The notes under the pieces were generated by a model, which was not told the DNA's origin, did not search any database, and saw only the letters and a list, made by a program, of their open reading frames with translations. Shown here in pieces: positions 27,844-36,600 of a stretch of DNA of 64,000 nucleotides. The translations under genes were made by a program, and so were the position numbers. Source of the stretch: an uncultured bacterium (GTDB taxonomy: Bacteria; Patescibacteriota; Minisyncoccia; Moranbacterales; UBA2206); assembly GCA_903831805.1 (NCBI GenBank), contig CAIKZD010000014.1, forward strand, positions 2,078 through 66,077. The letters run 5' to 3'. Position 1 is the first letter of the stretch. Every line of letters begins with the position of its first letter.

Positions 27844-28401
27844 CTACATCGATTTTCTTCTGAATATTTTCTCTCCCCACTTATTCTTAGTTTCTTTCTG
27901 GCTTTTTTCCACATCTTTCTTGCCTTCAATTTTTTCTGTTTTGCCTGGTTTGTTGTCAGTCGTAGCTTCCTTCTCCTTAGCCATTTCCTTTAATTCTTTT
28001 TTCTTATCTTCTAAGCGCTTCTTTTTTTCTTTGTCCATTTCTTCTTTGGTTTTGCGTCCCTTGCCTTCTATTCTTTCCTCCAAGGTCAATTTTATTTTAG
28101 AAGTTCTTTTCAGAATGCGACCGGCGCGGCCGAAAGCTTTCGGCATCCAGCGTTTCAACACCGGTCCTTCGCCGACCAAGACATCATATACATAAAGATT
28201 GTTCTTGTCCAATCCAAAATTGTTCTCGCCATTGGCCACCGCGCTGTTTAGAAGCTTCGCCATGAAAGAACTGGTTTTTTTCACATTCACATCCAGTTGC
28301 CCCAAAGCTTCGGAAACATTCATCCCCTTCACCAATCTGGCGACCAGTCTGGATTTTCGCGGAGCGATTCTTATATTGTTCAGTTGTGCCGTTACCTTCA
28401 T
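27844..28401 (-). CDS. rplV: 50S ribosomal protein L22 with a ~75-aa lysine/glutamate-rich C-terminal extension
   Basis: RIAPRKSRLVARLVKGMNVSEAL core followed by a K/E-rich tail. Length 185 aa versus a typical 110. Confidence 0.85.
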   Translation of the reverse strand: MKVTAQLNNIRIAPRKSRLVARLVKGMNVSEALGQLDVNVKKTSSFMAKLLNSAVANGENNFGLDKNNLYVYDVLVGEGPVLKRWMPKAFGRAGRILKRTSKIKLTLEERIEGKGRKTKEEMDKEKKKRLEDKKKELKEMAKEKEATTDNKPGKTEKIEGKKDVEKSQKETKNKWGEKIFRRKSM

Positions 28402-28418
28402 ATCGATATTCGATTAAT

Positions 28419-28763
28419 TTATTTTTTCTTAGCCGGCTCGGAAGTTTTGGCCGCTTTAGCCGCATCCAATTCCCGTTGCTTAGCCGCCGTTTCCATTTCC
28501 TTCTGCATCTTACCACCATGTTTGGTGAATTTTCTGGTTGGAGAAAATTCGCCCAACTTGTGTCCCACCATTTCTTCCGCCACCATCACTGAGATAAAAT
28601 CCTTGCCATTATGCACACCGAAGGTAAACCCGACCATTTCAGGAGAGATAACAGAAGCCCGCGACCATGTTTTGATCGGTGTTCTGTCACCCGGCGCCTT
28701 GTTTTGAATTTTTTTGATCAGTCTCTCATCAACATAGAGACCTTTCTTTAAACTTCGTGTCAT
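28419..28763 (-). CDS. rpsS: 30S ribosomal protein S19 (C-terminal extension)
   Basis: [28 protein letters not shown] motif. Confidence 0.88.
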   Translation of the reverse strand: MTRSLKKGLYVDERLIKKIQNKAPGDRTPIKTWSRASVISPEMVGFTFGVHNGKDFISVMVAEEMVGHKLGEFSPTRKFTKHGGKMQKEMETAAKQRELDAAKAAKTSEPAKKK

Positions 28764-28776
28764 AATGATTGGTGTT

Positions 28777-29610
28777 TTACTTTCTCTTAGCTCTGCGCTT
28801 AATTATATATTTATTGGTCTCCTTATTCTTCTTGCGAGTTTTCTTGCCGAGAGCCGGCTTGCCCCAAGGAGTTTTCGGATGTTTGAGTCCAATACCTTGG
28901 CGACCTTCTCCTCCACCATGTGGATGATCTACCGGATTCATGGCTGAACCACGCACGCCTGGTCTGACTCCCATATGTCTCTTCCTTCCAGCTTTCCCGA
29001 CATTAATGGAATTATGTTCAAAATTGCTCACTTGTCCAATTGTCGCGAAACAATCACTTTTCACGGCGCGAATTTCTCCCGAAGACATTTTTATCTGAGC
29101 ATTTTTTTCATCTACTGCAGTTAAAATCACTTTCGCTCCGGCGGTTCTGGCAATTTGCGCTCCCTTGCCGGGGAAAAATTCTACATTGGAAATGATTGTG
29201 CCGGCGGGAATATTTTTGATCATGGTGCGATTGCCCAATTCTATCGGCGCATTGTCAGCGGTCAGCACCTTACTGCCTTCTTGGAGGCCATCCGTAGCCA
29301 AAACATAGCGCTTTTCTCCATCAGCATAATTGATAAGCGCGATGAAGCCGCTGCGACAAGGATCTCTTTCGATCGAAGCCACCACGCCTGGAATGTTTTT
29401 CTTATCTTGCTTGAAATCCACCATACGATAGCGTTGTTTATGTCCACCGCCTTGATGACGCACGGATATTTTTCCATTTGATCGTCCGGCCAAACTTTTT
29501 TTCTTCGCCAAAAGGGACTTCTCCGGTTTTTTCTTCGTCAAAAGAGAAGATTTCACGATAGACATGTTTCTTCTCCCTGCATGATTTCTTTTGTAAACTT
29601 TAATAGCCAT
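28777..29610 (-). CDS. rplB: 50S ribosomal protein L2
   Basis: [13 protein letters not shown] motifs; 277 aa. Confidence 0.92.
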   Translation of the reverse strand: MAIKVYKRNHAGRRNMSIVKSSLLTKKKPEKSLLAKKKSLAGRSNGKISVRHQGGGHKQRYRMVDFKQDKKNIPGVVASIERDPCRSGFIALINYADGEKRYVLATDGLQEGSKVLTADNAPIELGNRTMIKNIPAGTIISNVEFFPGKGAQIARTAGAKVILTAVDEKNAQIKMSSGEIRAVKSDCFATIGQVSNFEHNSINVGKAGRKRHMGVRPGVRGSAMNPVDHPHGGGEGRQGIGLKHPKTPWGKPALGKKTRKKNKETNKYIIKRRAKRK

Positions 29611-29633
29611 ATATTCAGACTTAACAACTTTTC

Positions 29634-29948
29634 TTATTTATTGCCGAACAGATCAATGCTCTCGCCTGCCTTCACAGTCACAATCGCTTTTTTGTAACTA
29701 GCGGTTTTGCCTTCAATCCGGCCGCGCATCCTTTTTTTGCCACCGACATTGATGGTGCGGACTGAGATAACCTTCACTTGATACAACGCTTCAATAGCTT
29801 TTTCCACTTGTTTTTTGGTCGCGTCACGAGTCACTCGAAAAATATACTTATTCAGTTCGGCGGCCGCGGTCGAAGCTTCCGTTATCCACGGGGCAACTAG
29901 TACTTTAGCGGCGATATTCAAATTGGTAGTTTTTTTATCTGCAGTCAT
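29634..29948 (-). CDS. rplW: 50S ribosomal protein L23
   Basis: Operon position and ~100 aa length; YIFRVTRDATKKQVEKAIE motif. Confidence 0.82.
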   Translation of the reverse strand: MTADKKTTNLNIAAKVLVAPWITEASTAAAELNKYIFRVTRDATKKQVEKAIEALYQVKVISVRTINVGGKKRMRGRIEGKTASYKKAIVTVKAGESIDLFGNK

Positions 29949-29959
29949 TGCGTTGGTTA

Positions 29960-30598
29960 TTATTTTTTATCTTCGGTGTATTTTTCTTCTAAATATTTCA
30001 GCGAATCTTTTGACATGAGCAAATATTTATTATTCAACATATCCACAATATTCAACTGAGCTGTCATGATATTTTCCGCTTTGGCAATGTTGCGGCTGGC
30101 TATTCTGGCATCTTTTTCAGCGGCGGCGAAAGCCATCAAAATTCTGGAAGTAATCCCTAAATTTTTCAAAACTGCAGCCACTTCTTTCGTCTTGCCATCC
30201 TTAAAATCTATCTTATCAATAATTCGGAGTTCATTATCCTTGAATTTTCCGCTCAAGACCAGCTTAATTGCTTGTGTATTCATCTTTTTGTTGATCTTCT
30301 TTTTGAAATTGCGGTCATTTCTCGGCCCGAAAGCCACGCCACCCTTCCTCCAGGTCGGAGTTCGTACCGAACCGACGCGCGCGCGCCCCGTGCCCTTTTG
30401 TTTCCAGGGCTTGATGCCGGAACCGGCTCGCTCTCCACGATTTTTGGTGTGAGCCAGAACTTGTCTTTGGTTGGACTGAATGGAAACAAAAACCTGTTGC
30501 ACCAACTCGTCATTCGGTTTAGCACCAAAAACAGCATCGGAAACTTCGATCTCTTCCACTTCTTTGCCAGCTATATTGTAAACTTTAAGTTTTGCCAT
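29960..30598 (-). CDS. rplD: 50S ribosomal protein L4
   Basis: Operon position; 212 aa; KPWKQKGTGRAR motif. Confidence 0.88.
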   Translation of the reverse strand: MAKLKVYNIAGKEVEEIEVSDAVFGAKPNDELVQQVFVSIQSNQRQVLAHTKNRGERAGSGIKPWKQKGTGRARVGSVRTPTWRKGGVAFGPRNDRNFKKKINKKMNTQAIKLVLSGKFKDNELRIIDKIDFKDGKTKEVAAVLKNLGITSRILMAFAAAEKDARIASRNIAKAENIMTAQLNIVDMLNNKYLLMSKDSLKYLEEKYTEDKK

Positions 30599-30615
30599 TT
30601 TTTTATTCGTAGAAA

Positions 30616-31170
30616 CTACGTGCTTTTAATTTCAATAATATTGCCTAAGATTCCCGGCACCGCCCCTTTCACTCCGATAATTTTTTTCACTGGATCCACC
30701 AAGACAACCTTAATATTCTTGCCGGTAGCTTGCACTCCGCCCATGCGACCAGCCATGCGCTTGCCTTTCACCACATGCTCCGGAAAACCTGAACCAATGG
30801 CGCCTGGTGCGCGCAAGTCATGCTTGTGCCCATGTGTTTTAGGAGAACCGGCAAAGCCATGTCTCTTCACCACTCCTTGGAAGCCTTTCGCTTTGGTGAT
30901 GCCGCTAACATCCACAATATCTCCGGCTTGGAAAATTGAAACATCGATGATGTCACCTTCTTTCAAATCGGTTTTCTCCACTCTAAATTCTTTTTTGAAA
31001 ATTCTTTTAGCAGTTTTTTGAATTTCAATCTGCACAGCGCTATATTTATCCTTTTCAACGCTACGAATCAAGCTGACGCGCGAAGCACACTCAACCAAAG
31101 TGACATTCTCGGCCCCATTTTCGCTATATATAGTCGTCATTCCTAATTTTTTACCGAGTATGAATTTCAT
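30616..31170 (-). CDS. rplC: 50S ribosomal protein L3
   Basis: ILGKKLGMTTIY N-terminus and FQGVVKRHGFAG motif. Confidence 0.9.
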   Translation of the reverse strand: MKFILGKKLGMTTIYSENGAENVTLVECASRVSLIRSVEKDKYSAVQIEIQKTAKRIFKKEFRVEKTDLKEGDIIDVSIFQAGDIVDVSGITKAKGFQGVVKRHGFAGSPKTHGHKHDLRAPGAIGSGFPEHVVKGKRMAGRMGGVQATGKNIKVVLVDPVKKIIGVKGAVPGILGNIIEIKST

Positions 31171-31303
31171 TTGATTAAATTAAACAATTTTTTCTGATAA
31201 ATAAAAAATGGCTTTGACCAGCCAATGCCCTTCTGCAGGGTCTTTGAGGCTAGTTTAGTATCCCCGCGCGTGGCAGCCAGGACTTTAACTAGATTATATT
31301 TTC

Positions 31304-31630
31304 TTACATTTTTATTTCAATATCCACTCCAGCCGGCAAATCCAGATTAATCAAACTATCGATGGTTTTTGGAGTTGGGTTAGTGATGTCTATGAGCCGC
31401 TTATGCGTTCTCATTTCATATTGATCACGTGCATCCTTATGTTTGAAAGTTGACCGGTTGACTGTGTACTTCCTTATTTCAGTCGGCAAAGGAATCGGAC
31501 CGGAAACCCCGGCACCGGATCTCTCCGCGGTATCAACAATAAGCTTAGCTGACTGATCAATAATTTTATGATCATAAGCCTTAATCTTAATCCTGATTCT
31601 TGGTTTTACTTCTTCCACCTGGTTCGACAT
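31304..31630 (-). CDS. rpsJ: 30S ribosomal protein S10
   Basis: [29 protein letters not shown] motif. Confidence 0.9.
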   Translation of the reverse strand: MSNQVEEVKPRIRIKIKAYDHKIIDQSAKLIVDTAERSGAGVSGPIPLPTEIRKYTVNRSTFKHKDARDQYEMRTHKRLIDITNPTPKTIDSLINLDLPAGVDIEIKM

Positions 31631-31690
31631 TACTTTGTATTTATTGAACAAACAACTATTTACTGAGTAAAAATAACTTCACTCTATAAA

Positions 31691-31714
31691 CCAGTCCCGC
31701 CCTAGCGGGACTGG
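31691..31714 (-). terminator. hairpin in tuf-rpsJ spacer (terminator/attenuator)
   Basis: ccagtcccgc ccta gcgggactgg, a perfect 10-bp stem. Confidence 0.45.
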
Positions 31715-31727
31715 TCAAAGAATAACC

Positions 31728-32921
31728 TTATTTCAATATTTTTGTCGCTACGCCAGCACCCACGGTGCGTCCACCTTCTCGAATGGCAAAGCGCATACCT
31801 TCTTCCAAAGCGACCGGAGCTCCCAAAACAACTTTAAAGCTGATTGTGTCTCCCGGCATCACCATTTCAGTTCCTTCCGGTAGTATCACTTCACCAGTCA
31901 CATCAGTAGTACGGATATAGAATTGCGGTTTGTAACCTTTGAAAAATGGAGTATGTCGTCCGCCTTCTTCTTTGTTCAAGATATAGACTTCACATTCAAA
32001 TTCAGTGTGAGGAGTGATGGAACCGATTTTGGCCAACACCTGACCTCTTTCCACGTCTTCTTTCTTAGTGCCGCGGAGCAGGATGCCTGCATTGTCTCCA
32101 GCTGTACCTTTGTCCAAAGTCTTGTTGAACATTTCAATACCAGTCACAGTAGTCTTAGCCGTTGGGCGCAGTCCCACAATTTCCACTTCACCATTAACAT
32201 TGATTTCCCCTCTTTCAATTCGGCCAGTGACCACAGTGCCACGACCTTCAATGGAGAAGATATCTTCAATCGGCATAAGGAAAGGTTTCTCAGTTTCTCG
32301 CACCGGGTCAGGAATTTTTTCGTCCAAAGCCGCCATCAATTCAAGAATCGGTTTAGCTGCTTCATCCTCAGCTGAGGCAGATTCCAGCGCCTTAAGAGCG
32401 GAACCTCGAATCACCTTAGCGTTTTCTCCATCAAATTCATATTTGGTCAAAAGTTCCCGCACTTCCGCTTCCACCAATTCTACGAGCTCAGGATCATCCA
32501 CCATATCCACCTTATTGAGGAAAACTACGATTTCCGGCACACCCACTTGATGAGCGAGCAAAATGTGTTCACGCGTCTGAGGCATTGGGCCATCAGTCGC
32601 GGCCACCACAATGATGGCACCATCCATCTGAGCTGCACCAGTAATCATATTCTTGATATAGTCAGCATGTCCTGGGCAGTCCACATGAGCATAATGTCTC
32701 TTATCAGTTTCATATTCACAGTGAGCAGTCGCAATGGTGATGCCACGTTCCTTTTCTTCCGGGGCCTTGTCAATTTCGTCAATGCCCTTTTCTACAGCCT
32801 GTCCTTTAAAAGCCAAGACGTGCAAAATAGCCGCTGTCAGAGTGGTTTTGCCATGATCAACGTGTCCGATGGTACCGACGTTAACATGAGGTTTAGTTCT
32901 TTCAAATTTTGCTGTTGCCAT
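31728..32921 (-). CDS. tuf: elongation factor Tu
   Basis: [28 protein letters not shown]-terminus, DCPGHADY and NKVD motifs. Confidence 0.95.
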   Translation of the reverse strand: MATAKFERTKPHVNVGTIGHVDHGKTTLTAAILHVLAFKGQAVEKGIDEIDKAPEEKERGITIATAHCEYETDKRHYAHVDCPGHADYIKNMITGAAQMDGAIIVVAATDGPMPQTREHILLAHQVGVPEIVVFLNKVDMVDDPELVELVEAEVRELLTKYEFDGENAKVIRGSALKALESASAEDEAAKPILELMAALDEKIPDPVRETEKPFLMPIEDIFSIEGRGTVVTGRIERGEINVNGEVEIVGLRPTAKTTVTGIEMFNKTLDKGTAGDNAGILLRGTKKEDVERGQVLAKIGSITPHTEFECEVYILNKEEGGRHTPFFKGYKPQFYIRTTDVTGEVILPEGTEMVMPGDTISFKVVLGAPVALEEGMRFAIREGGRTVGAGVATKILK

Positions 32922-33101
32922 AGGTTTGTCTTTTTTTTCGCTTCCTTCGCGCGACCTGCCGATGAGGCAGGAAATTCCGGAATAAAACACCGGATTCGCG
33001 AAACTTGGCGAATTTTTATTGTTATTAAATTATCACAATTATTACAAAATTCAGTCTACTCTACTTTTTGATATTTAGCAAGATTATCCCCTGTGGATAT
33101 C

Positions 33102-33380
33102 TCAAGCAGTCTTTTCGTATCTGATTTCTTCGGTCTTTTCTTGACCCAACTCGGTCAAATCCATGTCGGCCACTTTTTCCTCTTCCTGGAGCACTTTCCA
33201 ACTGGCAATATCATTGTTAATCTTATCAATCAACTCCTGCTTTGTCAAGCCCTCCACCCCTTCTTTTTTGATTTTCCTAAATTCCTTCAAACTGAGCAAG
33301 ACAAAATATTGATTTCCGTCTTTCAACACGGCTTTTCCTCCGAGGAGTTCCAGCGCTTCTTTGAGTTTTTCGTCTAGCAT
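33102..33380 (-). CDS. hypothetical small protein at head of tuf-S10 operon
   Basis: 92-aa ORF with a charged helical C-terminus. Its start codon abuts copy B of the 165-bp repeat. Confidence 0.4.
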   Translation of the reverse strand: MLDEKLKEALELLGGKAVLKDGNQYFVLLSLKEFRKIKKEGVEGLTKQELIDKINNDIASWKVLQEEEKVADMDLTELGQEKTEEIRYEKTA

Positions 33381-33540
33381 GCCAATTTTGTCTGCGAGCG
33401 AAGCGAGTAGCTACAAAATTGAGCATCCCGCGCGTATTCGCTCTCAAAACGTTATCTTATTTTCAAACTAAGCCGCAGGCGACCACGCACGAAAAACCAA
33501 ATACATTATGAAATCATTATTGGAATTTTGTGCAGGATAA
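33376..33540. repeat. About 165-bp structured repeat element, copy B
   Basis: catgccaattttgtctgcgagcgaagcgag...aagccgcaggcgaccacgcac...cattattggaattttgtgcagg aligns with copy A. Confidence 0.7.
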
Positions 33541-33625
33541 AAAAGAAGTTTACTTTTATAATCCGTAAATAGATATTAACTGATTGAGAAAGTTATGTCA
33601 AATATTTTTGGTTATTCCTTCCCCG

Positions 33626-33665
33626 CAGACGTAGAGACGCAGCACTGCTGCGTCTCTACGCTGCG
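33626..33665 (-). terminator. hairpin terminator downstream of giant surface protein gene
   Basis: cgtagagacgcagca ctgctgcgtctctacg is a perfect 15-bp inverted repeat. It shares the GTAGAGACG core with the palindrome at 39706-39734. Confidence 0.5.
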
Positions 33666-33670
33666 CGAAT

Positions 33671-36600
33671 CTACCACCCAAATAAATTTCTAGTCAACGT
33701 CCCGAAATTCCCGGTCGGTAAGATATTTCTCAGTTGTTGCAGTTTAGTGACCGCTTGTTGGGTGAGACTTTTGTAAACTCCATAGGTGGTGTCTTTGATT
33801 TTTAAGAGGCCCAGTTTTTGGAGGGCTGTTTGCAAAGCACCTACGTCTTGACCTTGCGAGCCAAGACTGAGATTACGGTTAATAGTGACACTTTGTTTGT
33901 GGAACCATTTTTTAGTAGCCGTGATCTTTTGGGTGAATTTCTGTTGGAAAGTTTTGGGCTTAGGTTTCTTATGGTGGGTCTGGTGGTGATGGCTACTACT
34001 GGAAGACGTGGTAACAATGGCCGCTTGAGTAATAGTGAAACTGACGGTCGTAGCATTATTGGCGGCGTCAGTCACAATAAGAGTGTAGATGCCAATAGCT
34101 GAGATGGCTGTGCCGGAAGTGTAGGGGTCGCCATTCAGGGTAGCGGTGCCTTCGGTGAAGGTGGGGGCTTGGGGAGTGGTGTAGGTTTGGCCGTCAATCA
34201 CCCTCATTACAACTGGCGGAATGATGTCGATGATGACACTCGCACTAAGGCTGCTTGAAACATTGCCCGCCGCATCTTTGGCCCAAGCGTGGAGGGTTTT
34301 GGAACCGGCAGAGGAGAAGTTATAAGAAGAAGGCGCGCTTCCCGTCCATCCAGCGTCCCCAGAAGCAGGGGCAGAAGATGACTCGGTAACCATACAGCCA
34401 GCCACCGCAATATCATCAGTAGCGGTAAAGGTGGTTATTGGAACTGTGGGTGAATTGGAAATGGCAGGAATACTGAAAGCAGTGACAGTCGGGGCAGATG
34501 AGTCTAGAGATGTCATTGATAAATTTATACTTTTTGTGCTGTCCATAGTTGCTTGGGTTGATGCGTCATTAAAACCCGTTTTCGAAACAGTAATAGTGTG
34601 GGGTGTATATTGATTATAATTAGAAGTCGCCGGATATGTGACTCCATATCGCTTGAATTGAGTAAGTGTTAAACGCGCGTTCCCTGAACCGTCGGTCGTT
34701 CCGGAAACAGTTTCGGCCGCTCCGCCAGTCGCGTTGACCGTAACAGTTGCGCCAGAAATTGGTAAGCTAGTCGATGAATTTTGGACATTAACGTTCAAAT
34801 ACCATTTGGTGTACAGACTGTAATTTCCCCCGCCAGAACCAGCCAGCGCTAGATCGTCCCCGCTGGCACCATTTTGCCAATTGTTATCAATGAAGTTGTT
34901 TTCGGTTGCACTATTCGTCCAATATCCAGCACGAATTGAATTAAATCCATGGGGATTTGTGCCTTTAATGAATGTATTGGAAACTACGTTGAAATTGCTT
35001 CCGGCTCCGTCAGGACCGTTAGCGTCTACAATTAGAGAATTGCTTGTGACCGTGTTATTGTGAAAAGTTGAACTGCTGTCAGCGGTACCATCAAGGTATA
35101 AACCAGCTGCCGTGAGTGTAGCATCGGTTGTTTCTACTGTCACTGTATTGTTATAGATCTGATTATTAACAGCATATTGTCCGCCGACAACTTTAATGCC
35201 CTCAGCAATACAATCATTACCTGTTTGAGTCGGAAATTGCGACGGACAGGCATTTAATCCAGCATGGGCAGTAATCGTATTGCTATAAATCTGCACGTCA
35301 TGAGCGCCAAACCTTAATTGAATGCCAACGTCTGTTCCCGGCGTTCTCAAATATTCTCCTGAGTCTTCTGCTTCTCGCACATCTATATTATTGTCATGGA
35401 CTGTCCCCAATCCAGGCCCAGGACTATCTGCATTATAATTGCCTGCAACAAGTATCCCGCGGCCGGAACTTTGGACTATAGTATTATTGGCAATCTCAAA
35501 ATCTATATTGTCGTTACTTCCACTTCCTATTGAAATGGCATAGCCATCTCTTACCGTAGCCGCCATTTTTATGGTGTTATTGTTAATATGCAAAGTGTCG
35601 GTGAGAGCTCCCACGTAACCAAAACCTATGCCTGAACATCCTGTTCCATCAATATCGTTATTGTAAATATCAACATTTCCAGTTGAACTAACTGTGATTG
35701 TATTAAAACCACCATAATGAGTTGCGCCATAAGTTACGTTAAGCAGTAGTCCTCCTGCTTCGGCCACACTACAGTTACTAGTTGGCGGAAGGACAGTATA
35801 ACCACCATTATCATATGGGCTTACACTAGTCACTACTCCGCCGGAACTAACCCCACTAACAGTAAAGACACCAGCCGATGTTCCCGTGCCTCCAACCAAA
35901 GTAACGTGCTGTCCTACGCTATAGACACTTCCTCCGTTTGCAATAGTCGCATAAACTGCTCCTGTGGCTCTTTTGGTTCCATTCGGATGAATAACATTGT
36001 CATGAATTTGGACGCTTTGGCCTCCCGCGCCGTTGGTATCAATAATCGCCTCGTTATTATCACCCGTATAGCTAATAGACAGATGATCAGCTTCAATATT
36101 CACCCCTTGCCTAAAATAAATCGCGATGCTTTGATAACCATTTCCTGCTCCCTGGACAAAACTGCCATTGGTTACTCTGGCTCCGTTCGGATTCCAGGCT
36201 GACAAATAGCCATAGACGCTATCACCTGCGGCGGTGTTATATGTAACAGTGTGCCCGTTCAGGTCGAGTATTGTGCCGTTGGCGGACGTAGTGAAACAGG
36301 TTCCGGCTGAAGAAACATCATTGTCTAAAATGTAGGTTGTATTGGCCGAACTCAATGTCCCGCAAGCGCTGATATGCGTAATGATCGCTGTAGTAGATAG
36401 TGATGAAGATAAAGCGCTGGCAATATCGGTGGGAGCTAAGACACCATCCCCGTTCTTAGCTTGCGTGCTGAAAGTATAGGAAGTACTGGCGCTAAGTCCC
36501 GTCACATTAATTGCAATTCCGCTCGGATTCCAGGTTGCCGCAGTTTGCCAGACCGGACTGGTTCCCAAAGAACCATCAGCCTGCGTATATTTAGAGTCAG

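Noticed and set aside
31171-31303. 133-nt rplC-rpsJ spacer, unusually long for an S10 operon, with a weak tggct/agcca hairpin plus T-run
   Set aside because: Only a 5-bp stem; no convincing structure or repeat similarity. Possibly a weak internal attenuator but not supportable from sequence alone.
32068-33071. Several + strand ORFs (150-174 aa)
   Set aside because: Antisense to tuf. Ser/Thr-rich translations typical of the reverse frame of a highly expressed gene.
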